DNA from: a virus
Lineage: Duplodnaviria > Caudoviricetes
IMG/VR virus record: IMGVR_UViG_3300027804_000011
Location: 1 to 40,453 of that record
Length of the DNA: 40,453 bases
Direction: 5' to 3' (one strand)
The notes under the pieces are model-generated. The model saw nothing but the letters and a program-made list of their open reading frames with translations. It ran no database searches and was not told the origin of the DNA. Shown here piece after piece: positions 33,092 to 40,453 of this stretch. Positions within the stretch are counted from its first letter, which is position 1, and every line of letters begins with the position of its first letter. The position numbers were made by a program, and so were the translations under genes.

Positions 33092-35073
33092 TACACAGTC
33101 CTTACAGTCATAGTTAGCATTCCTCCATAGCCAGTAAACCCTCTATCTGGTGGAGTCATGCGAGTGAAAGTGATTTGTTCTATAACAACCTGACGAGATT
33201 CGCCAGTGGTTAAATCTTGCCAAGTAACAATGTCACCATTTTCTTCGATAGCTTCTAGGGTATCGATTCTTTCTCGGGCTCTGCCCTCGTGTCCCACTAT
33301 GACATTGTACCTGTCTGTCTCCACGTCAAAACAATAGACGGGAAATCTAATCACTCGCTGTCTCGGTGTAGCGATAGTAGCCTTAGCCTGATAGCCCTTG
33401 AAAGTAGGACCCTTAGTATTATCTGTGCCATCTCTATATAGAATAAACTTATAGGCTATGTATTCTTGGGCGCCAGCTGGCTGGCTAGTAGTTACTTCTA
33501 CTGGTGGAACTGATGCATCATAACTAATAATATCAAACTCAGTGCCGTCTGCAGCTACAGTTTCTAAAGTCATAGAGCCATAGGTAAACTCACCGCGTCC
33601 TAATAGACGCTTAAAGTTCTTAGGCTCCAATGTGTTGTATCTGATGTAACCTGTTTGTAGATATCCATTAGTAATCAAAGTAGATGCTGACTCTGAATAG
33701 ACATATCCATCAGCAGATGATGCAAAGGTAGTGCAATATGCTAGGCGATTAGTATCACCAAGGAAAGCACAACCTGTAGTTTGATGACCAGTTACACCGC
33801 CAGTATAATATAAATCATTAGCATAAGCAAAACGTAACGTCTCTAACTCGGTGCTTAAATCTATACGGATAACCCCTGGAGCACCATCTACACCAGTAGC
33901 ACACCATATGTAATGGTCTCTTGCAGCAAAGTCATAGCAAGGCTGAGTTGCTTCAACTATTATCGGACCATATGTAATAGAACCATCTTGAGAACTTACA
34001 TCGGCGATACGAATACCTTTATTAGTTCCAATGGCCATTCGTCCTAAATAATAAAAGATACGAAAAGCTATTTCTCCAACAGGTAATTCTGCTGCTACTA
34101 CTGCTTGATTAAGAGTAGGCATAGCACCAGAGGCGTTGAGCGTAAACTTCTGAATAGTAGACTGAATACCATTGTAGCCAGAGACATAGATGGCTGCACC
34201 CGAGGCTGTAATACTGGTATAAACGTGAGTAGTTGCTGGATGTGTATAGACTGCTGCAGGCAAAGAAGATGTTGCTGTTGTAAACTCATAGACCTTGTTG
34301 TTAGCACACATAACAATACGCTCTTTAACAAACTCCATTACCGCATTGGTTACAGTAATGCCATTGGCAGTAAACATAACAGTAGCAGATGTAGACGAGT
34401 TACCTGTGAGCGGTTTTCTATTTACTTCTAGTTTACCTGACGGACCAGTATCATTGGTTACCCAATAAGCATCAGTGCCATCATCGCAGATAGCATAAAC
34501 TTGGTCATCGGTACCAGAGTTATAGTCAATAAAATGAGTAACAGTTCCGCTAGTATCAATTTTATCTACATCAAATTCATCAAGCAATAGAACAGCATTA
34601 GTTCCGTTGTATTGAATAGAGCGAATATATTGGGAAGGACGACCATTAGATTCAATAGCACCTGTTGTGTTATGCCCTTGAGTGCTATCTTTAAGAAGGG
34701 TTACTTGTCCTTCTGTCCATACATCTACACCTTTGCTATCAGCAAAGCGAGATGTACCTTCCCCTGGAATAAGTCCTGGGTCATAGAAGTTAATGCCAGT
34801 CCCCTCGTGAAAGGAAGACTGGCTACGAAGCCACCAACCAGTGAGCGACTGCTCACCAGGCTCGGTTTGATTATCAAATTGTTCTTTCCTGTAAGGAGCA
34901 GTCTGACGAATGTATGGGTTAGAATCATTGATGGCATAGATGAATGGCATACCACCAATAGCAACATCATAGGCTATATCAGTATTCTGCCAGATAGCAT
35001 CAGTAGCAACTACACCAACATCAACAGCAATCGCTCTACTAGAACGACCTTCTGTAATATCACGACCAGCCAC
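33091..35073 (-). CDS. Tail structural protein (nozzle/tubular-B-like, beta-rich)
   Basis: 660 aa beta-rich, last structural gene; GTG start with AGGAG RBS. Confidence 0.6.
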   Translation of the reverse strand: MAGRDITEGRSSRAIAVDVGVVATDAIWQNTDIAYDVAIGGMPFIYAINDSNPYIRQTAPYRKEQFDNQTEPGEQSLTGWWLRSQSSFHEGTGINFYDPGLIPGEGTSRFADSKGVDVWTEGQVTLLKDSTQGHNTTGAIESNGRPSQYIRSIQYNGTNAVLLLDEFDVDKIDTSGTVTHFIDYNSGTDDQVYAICDDGTDAYWVTNDTGPSGKLEVNRKPLTGNSSTSATVMFTANGITVTNAVMEFVKERIVMCANNKVYEFTTATSSLPAAVYTHPATTHVYTSITASGAAIYVSGYNGIQSTIQKFTLNASGAMPTLNQAVVAAELPVGEIAFRIFYYLGRMAIGTNKGIRIADVSSQDGSITYGPIIVEATQPCYDFAARDHYIWCATGVDGAPGVIRIDLSTELETLRFAYANDLYYTGGVTGHQTTGCAFLGDTNRLAYCTTFASSADGYVYSESASTLITNGYLQTGYIRYNTLEPKNFKRLLGRGEFTYGSMTLETVAADGTEFDIISYDASVPPVEVTTSQPAGAQEYIAYKFILYRDGTDNTKGPTFKGYQAKATIATPRQRVIRFPVYCFDVETDRYNVIVGHEGRARERIDTLEAIEENGDIVTWQDLTTGESRQVVIEQITFTRMTPPDRGFTGYGGMLTMTVRTV

Positions 35074-35805
35074 TTATTCTCCTTGTTGCTCTTGTTCCTT
35101 CAGTTTTGTCTTTAAATGTTCATTAGCCCAATACAATGCATAGTAGTCATAGTCAACGCTAAAGCGTTTCATATGCTTTACCAGTGCTCCAGTATGGGCG
35201 TGTAGTGGTATACCTGCTGCCTTCATACGGCGGAAGAAGATAATATCTTCGCCAACAAAATGCTCATCTTTGCCATCACCAGTTTCCATAAACATACCTT
35301 TACCAGGGTGTGCTTCACGCAGTTTAGGAATAATAGACTTATGCATTAGGACAAAGCCAAACCCTGCACAGTCAACCTTGATAACTTGGTTATCAGGTAA
35401 TGGGTGGTGATAGCGAACTTGAAACTCATCTACATCATCAAATAGAACTGGGAACGGGCGCATAAGACTGCCCTCGTTCTCTTTAGATATGAAGTAAACA
35501 CCGCTAACTACTGGACGGTTTACCTTATCGGCTGTCTGCCAGAGTTTCTGCATAGCCTCAAGAGTTAGAACTATGTCTGAATCTACCCATAGTATCCAGT
35601 CTGTCTTAAGTTTATCTGCCCAATAATCAAAGAGTATCTGGCGTTGTCTGCCTATCTGATTACCCTGCACACGTATGCTGGTAGTAAAGCGCATACCATT
35701 GTTAGGACCAGCAATTACTGCTGTCATTAATCCTTCAGTAAACTTACCATCGGTAGTCCCATTATCGCACCAACCGATAGCCACTGTCTCTTGCTTTTGT
35801 ATCAT
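35074..35805 (-). CDS. GT-A fold (family 2-like) glycosyltransferase
   Basis: WVDSD DxD motif, AGFGFVL, GEDIIF, VKH. Confidence 0.8.
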   Translation of the reverse strand: MIQKQETVAIGWCDNGTTDGKFTEGLMTAVIAGPNNGMRFTTSIRVQGNQIGRQRQILFDYWADKLKTDWILWVDSDIVLTLEAMQKLWQTADKVNRPVVSGVYFISKENEGSLMRPFPVLFDDVDEFQVRYHHPLPDNQVIKVDCAGFGFVLMHKSIIPKLREAHPGKGMFMETGDGKDEHFVGEDIIFFRRMKAAGIPLHAHTGALVKHMKRFSVDYDYYALYWANEHLKTKLKEQEQQGE

Positions 35806-35823
35806 TGTCCCCTCTATTCTTAC

Positions 35824-36045
35824 TTAGTTAAGTGCTGATATTTCGTCTGGTGTTAAACCAAGTGCTGCAAGTTTGGCTTGTGCTGATGCCTTAGCATCTG
35901 CTTTAGCCTGTGCTGCTGCTTCCTCTGCTGCCTTGATTTCTGCAAAGGCAACTGCATCTGCCTCGCGCTGAGCAACTTCCTCGGCGGTTAGTTCTACCTC
36001 AGTAGTAACTCCTGTGGAGCAATCAACTACGAGTTTGGTTGGCAT
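35824..36045 (-). CDS. Small tail-fibre-associated protein (73 aa)
   Basis: Start re-called at MPTKLVVDC with GAAAGGA RBS; C-terminal KLAALGLTPDEI. Confidence 0.65.
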   Translation of the reverse strand: MPTKLVVDCSTGVTTEVELTAEEVAQREADAVAFAEIKAAEEAAAQAKADAKASAQAKLAALGLTPDEISALN

Positions 36046-36058
36046 TGTTTTCCTTTCG

Positions 36059-36559
36059 TTAGGAGTTTTTGATACCGTAAAGGGTAGCGGTTGAGTATTG
36101 GACATAATTTCCTGCATTAGGTACTAATTTGATTGAAGTTATGGCTGAAGAGTTAGACCAAAGAAAAGCATTTATGACTGCGTATGCTGTAGTTGCATTA
36201 TTTTCTGTCACAAAATCTACGCTTGCTGATTTATTATTTGAGCCAGCATAATTAGGAATATAAATAGTAGCAGAGTTAAATGTACTGGCTGTGTTATTAG
36301 ATTGATTTGTCCATAATACTCCAGCATCAGAAGCCGAAGCCGAAGTAGCAGACGACCCATCGCCATATAGTACACGCCTTGTATAAGATGAAGTTGAATT
36401 ATTAAAATACACATAACTTGTTATATCTGTACTTGTTACCCGCAATGATGTGGATAAACATAAATCAGTATAAGTCGCTGGAATAGAAGTAAACTCTATA
36501 TTAGCAGCCCCACCACTACCCACAGTCACTGTGGCTATTGCTTTATATGTGTTAGCCAT
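36059..36559 (-). CDS. Tail-fibre-like beta protein, paralogue 3 (166 aa)
   Basis: Start MANTYKAIA; FTSIPATYTDL...AITSI...TLYGIK. Confidence 0.75.
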   Translation of the reverse strand: MANTYKAIATVTVGSGGAANIEFTSIPATYTDLCLSTSLRVTSTDITSYVYFNNSTSSYTRRVLYGDGSSATSASASDAGVLWTNQSNNTASTFNSATIYIPNYAGSNNKSASVDFVTENNATTAYAVINAFLWSNSSAITSIKLVPNAGNYVQYSTATLYGIKNS

Positions 36560-37053
36560 TATGCCGCCTTGATTCCGTAGAGGGTTGCTATTGTGCCAGT
36601 AGCCATATTGCCTGAAGCAGGATATACCTTTACAGAAGTAATAGCAGCAGTATTGCGCCAAAGTGTGGCCATTGAATCAATACCAGTAGAAGCATTATTG
36701 CTTCTTGATATATTAGTTTTGTAAGTTGTAGTGTTTGCATAATTCATTATATGAATGATTGCAGTATTAGAGGTTGATGTTGTTGGTGAAGATTGGTCGC
36801 TAAATCTTGCACCTGTGGTATTGCTACCTCTTGTGCTTGATGCAGTTGTGCCATTTCCCCTGAGCGTAGTATTGCTATAGTTTGACCCTGTGTCAGAATT
36901 GTATTGTAAATACATATCATCATTTATTGAGTTTGATGGTGTAAAAAAAACCAAAACTAAATCCGTATAAGCACCACTAATAGTAGAAAATGTAATAGAT
37001 GCGGCAGCGCTTCCCAGCGTTGTCGTTGCTATAGGTTCATAAGTTATAGGCAT
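36559..37053 (-). CDS. Tail-fibre-like beta protein, paralogue 2
   Basis: FSTISGAYTDL...AITSV...TLYGIK. Confidence 0.75.
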   Translation of the reverse strand: MPITYEPIATTTLGSAAASITFSTISGAYTDLVLVFFTPSNSINDDMYLQYNSDTGSNYSNTTLRGNGTTASSTRGSNTTGARFSDQSSPTTSTSNTAIIHIMNYANTTTYKTNISRSNNASTGIDSMATLWRNTAAITSVKVYPASGNMATGTIATLYGIKAA

Positions 37054-37637
37054 TATGAAGCCACCTTAATTCCGTAGAGGGCGAAGTGGGAGTATTGGGT
37101 TAAATCGGTATTTGAATAAAGTCTAAGTGAAGTTATAGCGTTAGTATTTCTCCAAGAACCAGAGCCTATTTGTATCCTGCCATAACCATTTCCATCAATA
37201 CCTGCTAAGCCTCTTATGGTTTTATATTTATTAGTATCTTTATAGTCAAGTATGTCTAAAACGCAACTACCAAAAGGTTGTGTTCCAGTTCCACCACTCT
37301 GAATAATGAAAAATCCAAAAACATCACCATTATTAACATCTGATATTGCACTTGTTCCGCTACCCAATAATATGTGAGCAGAATAGTTACTGGCTGTATC
37401 TCCATTACATTGAACAAATAAATTATCTATACTTGGTGTGCCTGTGCCGACAACTCGTGCTGTTGCTCTTATCTGTAAGTGCGTATAAGTAGCAGGTATA
37501 GAACTAAAAGTAACACTAGCCGTATTCGTGCTTAATGTTGTAGTAGCAATAGACTCAAAGTCAGTAGGAATGTATGGGTCATTACCTACCAGCAGGTTAC
37601 CCCTGCGTAGTTTATTTTTTATGCTGACTACAGCCAT
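37053..37637 (-). CDS. Tail-fibre-like beta protein, paralogue 1
   Basis: FSSIPATYTHL...AITSL...ALYGIK. Confidence 0.75.
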   Translation of the reverse strand: MAVVSIKNKLRRGNLLVGNDPYIPTDFESIATTTLSTNTASVTFSSIPATYTHLQIRATARVVGTGTPSIDNLFVQCNGDTASNYSAHILLGSGTSAISDVNNGDVFGFFIIQSGGTGTQPFGSCVLDILDYKDTNKYKTIRGLAGIDGNGYGRIQIGSGSWRNTNAITSLRLYSNTDLTQYSHFALYGIKVAS

Positions 37638-37999
37638 TAAATTACTACCTCATCCCAAGATAGTGTTTCTTCGTTCCAGGTATACATTTTGTCGTCAGTC
37701 GGCATAGCAACGGGTGGCTGCCATCTAGCATCAGCATCTAGTGTCCAAGAAGGATATGGCTGAGGGGCATAGAAGTAGTCATTGGTTGCATCATAAGTAT
37801 ACCCAATGCCTGCATAGTTTTTACGGATGTTGCCGTTGTATGAAGTCTGCTTCCACTTGGTATCCTCACCAAAGAGTGACTTACAGAAGATAACTCCTTT
37901 AGTTTCAGACTCAACGCCATCTAATAGGAGTTCTTCATTACCCACCACAATTACCTGTGTGACTACATTGTTGTCGTCTAGTTGTGCAAAGTGTGCCAT
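37637..37999 (-). CDS. Tail-fibre-associated/assembly protein
   Basis: MAHFAQLD..NVV, KQTSYN, YAGIGY, PQPYPSW, YTWNE. Confidence 0.7.
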   Translation of the reverse strand: MAHFAQLDDNNVVTQVIVVGNEELLLDGVESETKGVIFCKSLFGEDTKWKQTSYNGNIRKNYAGIGYTYDATNDYFYAPQPYPSWTLDADARWQPPVAMPTDDKMYTWNEETLSWDEVVI

Positions 38000-38009
38000 T
38001 TATTGTCCT

Positions 38010-38849
38010 TTAGAAAGTAATTGAACCTGATGCGGTCCATTGATAAATTGTATATCCACCTGATTCAGTTCTAGTTGGTGAACCAGTAGTACTTGTTGCT
38101 GTAATAGAACCAGGAATTCTTATAATTACTATACCACTGCCGCCTGCCCTACCGTTATCACTGCCGTCTGCGCCTGCGCCACCGTTTCCTGTATTGGCAG
38201 TTCCTGGAGTTCCTGGTGATAGATAGTTATTAGTTCCTGAACCGCCTCCACCAGCAGCATAAGTAACAGAAGTTCCACTAATTGAATTTGCAGTTCCCGC
38301 TCCACCTGCTCCAATATCACTTATAGAGTTAATGCTTCCACCTACACCAGCAGAACCACCACCTCCACCGCCTTGCATATAAGAGCCAGAAACGTGACGA
38401 CCTGTTCCACCTGCGTATCCTTCCACTGGTGAATACGAACCAGCATTACCAGTGCCACCTGTTCCAGTTGAAGAAGAAGCGCCGTTAGCACTTCCGCCAC
38501 CACCAGAACCACCATTATCTCCATTAGGTGTTACAGAGTTATCTCCGCCACCACCACCTCCACTTGAAGTAATTGTAGAAAATACTGAATTGGAACCTGA
38601 AGCACTTGAACTGCCGCCAGCACCAACTGTGACTGTGTAGGTTTGTGCTGTGAGTGACAAAGCAGAACCTCCAATAGAGGTTCTATAACCACCAGCACCA
38701 CCACCACCAACACGGGCCTGTCCTCCACTACCAGCACCTCCACCACCAGCAACAACTAAGTAGTCAACAGAAGATAATGGATTATATGCAGTATTACCAA
38801 CAAGTAGGCTACGGCTAAATGTTCCGTTCTTAAGACTTCTAATTGCCAT
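38010..38849 (-). CDS. Glycine-rich domain tail/receptor-binding protein
   Basis: YLVVAGGG, GGGGAGG, ANTGNGG, GGSGIVIIR. Confidence 0.75.
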   Translation of the reverse strand: MAIRSLKNGTFSRSLLVGNTAYNPLSSVDYLVVAGGGGAGSGGQARVGGGGAGGYRTSIGGSALSLTAQTYTVTVGAGGSSSASGSNSVFSTITSSGGGGGGDNSVTPNGDNGGSGGGGSANGASSSTGTGGTGNAGSYSPVEGYAGGTGRHVSGSYMQGGGGGGSAGVGGSINSISDIGAGGAGTANSISGTSVTYAAGGGGSGTNNYLSPGTPGTANTGNGGAGADGSDNGRAGGSGIVIIRIPGSITATSTTGSPTRTESGGYTIYQWTASGSITF

Positions 38850-39700
38850 TAGATTGTTATGCTCCCACTTCCTGTAAAAGTGTAAAAAGTAAATCCACCT
38901 GATTCGGTGCGTGTTGGTGAACCAGTAGTACCACTAGCAGTGTAACTTCCAGATACTCTAAGAATTACAACACCACTTCCACCGTTACCGCTAGTTGCGC
39001 TTTCTTTTGCGCCACCTGAACCGCCACCTGTATTTGCTGTTGCATTTCCACCATTGCCCGCTGTTCCACCACCTGAACCACCAGCACCATTGCTGCCTGG
39101 ATTTCCATAACTACTACTTCCACCACCGCCGCCAGCATAAGTGCTTCCAAAATAAGTTAAACCAGCACCACCAGCAGCACCATCTCTTGTAGTTGTGGTA
39201 TTACCTACCGCACCTGCACCTCCACCACCACCCGCACCTTGTTGTCCATTGCTTCCATTCATTCCATCGCCGCCTGCGTTGCCTTGTCCAGAAGTTCCAG
39301 CCGCGCCACCGCCACCAATATTTCTACCTGAACCGCCACCGCCTGAACCGCCTGTGGAAGGACCAACAGATTCGCCTCCGCCACCACCGCCGCCTGTGGA
39401 AGTTGTCAAGCCAGTAAAACTCGTATTAGAACCATTGTTTCCTCTACCGCCCTGTTTACCTGCGCCACCTGCGCCAATAGTGATAGTTAATGTTCCAGTC
39501 AAACTTTGACTAGATGAGTAAAGAACACCACCAGCACCACCGCCTCCACCGACTTCCCAATTGCCGCCCGTTGAAGCACCGCCAGAGCCGCCACCTGCTA
39601 CGCGTAAAACATCAGCAGTAATGGTAGGAAAAAAAGCAGCATTTCCAACAAGTAAACTAGACGGTGAGATGTTACCTGTCTTGTAACTTGTAATGGACAT
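38849..39700 (-). CDS. Glycine-rich domain tail/receptor-binding protein (paralogue)
   Basis: Same motif set; shares TTGSPTRTESGG C-terminus with neighbour. Confidence 0.75.
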   Translation of the reverse strand: MSITSYKTGNISPSSLLVGNAAFFPTITADVLRVAGGGSGGASTGGNWEVGGGGGAGGVLYSSSQSLTGTLTITIGAGGAGKQGGRGNNGSNTSFTGLTTSTGGGGGGGESVGPSTGGSGGGGSGRNIGGGGAAGTSGQGNAGGDGMNGSNGQQGAGGGGGAGAVGNTTTTRDGAAGGAGLTYFGSTYAGGGGGSSSYGNPGSNGAGGSGGGTAGNGGNATANTGGGSGGAKESATSGNGGSGVVILRVSGSYTASGTTGSPTRTESGGFTFYTFTGSGSITI

Positions 39701-40026
39701 TAGACGGAAGCCTCATCTCCAAACGCCTGAAAGGCTAGGTTGGCTGTAGATGCGTACACAGAAAGAACATCTGTAGTTGCAAGGGTTAGACCAACAGTAA
39801 TCAGTGTAGAGTCAGAAGCACCTACTGTAATGTCGTAACCAATATAGTGTTGGTTAGCAATAGAAGCACCAGCAGGGCGTACTGCAATACGGAATGTCGC
39901 AGCAGTAGCAGTAAGGTTAGCAACAGAGATTGTTGATACTACTGCTTCCTTTGCTGAAGGTACTGTGTATAGGGTTGTGAGTGTTGTCGCAGATGGGTTT
40001 GATTGCCCAAGGACTTTTTTAGCCAT
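39700..40026 (-). CDS. Small beta-rich virion protein
   Basis: 108 aa, TTLYTVP motif, AAGGAG RBS. Confidence 0.7.
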   Translation of the reverse strand: MAKKVLGQSNPSATTLTTLYTVPSAKEAVVSTISVANLTATAATFRIAVRPAGASIANQHYIGYDITVGASDSTLITVGLTLATTDVLSVYASTANLAFQAFGDEASV

Positions 40027-40041
40027 TTAGTTATTTCTCCT

Positions 40042-40345
40042 TTAAGCGCCCATCAGCATAAATACTGACGGTGTTGGGTCGGTTATAATTGCTGCCCACG
40101 AAGCGGTTGTTCCGTTCGTAGTTAAATATTTTCCTGTGTTTCCAGTCTGAGATGGTAGAGCATCTACTGTTGACCAGGCTAATCCTGATGTAGTGGCTGA
40201 ATCAGCCTTGAGATACTGTCCATTAGTTCCTACTGTAAGAATTACAGGGGTATCATTTGCACTAGCAGAAAGTAAATCACCTTTTGCTGCAAATATTGTT
40301 GGTTGAATAACTGCATTAGTATCTAAAGATACTGTTGGGATTGGA
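40042..40345 (-). CDS. Tail fibre/spike-like protein, 3' part (joined to 1..1460)
   Basis: In-frame continuation PIPTVSLD...AKGDLL...PSVFMLMGA, stop at 40042-44. Confidence 0.85.
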
Positions 40346-40453
40346 CCAGTGCTACTTGCTACTGTAATTCCTGTGCCAGCAGATACTGCTGTAATATCAC
40401 CAACATTAGGAGCAACCCACTCAAGTCCTGTAGATGTTGCAGAGTTAACCGCT
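40346..40453. repeat. Exact direct repeat of 1-108
   Basis: Direct sequence identity. Confidence 0.97.

Noticed and set aside
38452-39509. Pro-rich and His-rich plus-strand ORFs
   Set aside because: Antisense shadows of glycine-rich tail genes
36059-39700. Diversity-generating retroelement or invertible tail cassette
   Set aside because: No reverse transcriptase or invertase; paralogues are too diverged to be TR/VR pairs and are all co-oriented
40346-40453. 108-bp end repeat as a biological terminal repeat
   Set aside because: Falls mid-gene; best explained as circular assembly overlap
1-40453. Stop-codon recoding or temperate lifestyle
   Set aside because: Standard code gives dense full-length genes; split genes are frame changes, not in-frame stops; no integrase, repressor or ParA recognised

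Overview
A complete, circularly assembled ~40.3 kb (40,345 bp plus a 108 bp end overlap) tailed dsDNA phage genome, podovirus-like (no tape measure or tail tube; three large putative internal-virion proteins). The host is almost certainly an Actinobacterium (WhiB, FmdB-type Zn ribbon, split primase, actinophage-type endolysin), and the layout resembles freshwater acI/Nanopelagicales phages. The minus strand carries a packaging/head/tail/lysis block (terminase, portal, proteasome-beta-like protease, ejection proteins, scaffold, capsid, small basic proteins, tail and fibre genes running across the contig junction, glycosyltransferase, lysis) and a replication block without DNA polymerase (split Cas4/AddB-like nuclease, helicase, resolvase, split primase, sigma-like factor). 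The plus strand carries an early block (20930-26341) with an amidoligase/glutamine amidotransferase pair, WhiB and a transglycosylase. The ~1 kb non-coding gap at 19876-20929 holds AT-rich hairpin elements, 11-bp tandem repeats, a LexA-like box, two perfect CRP-like boxes and a promoter driving a ~345 nt densely base-paired candidate structured RNA. No integrase, CRISPR array or canonical tRNA was seen. All family calls come from motifs recognised by eye; no database search or folding program was run.
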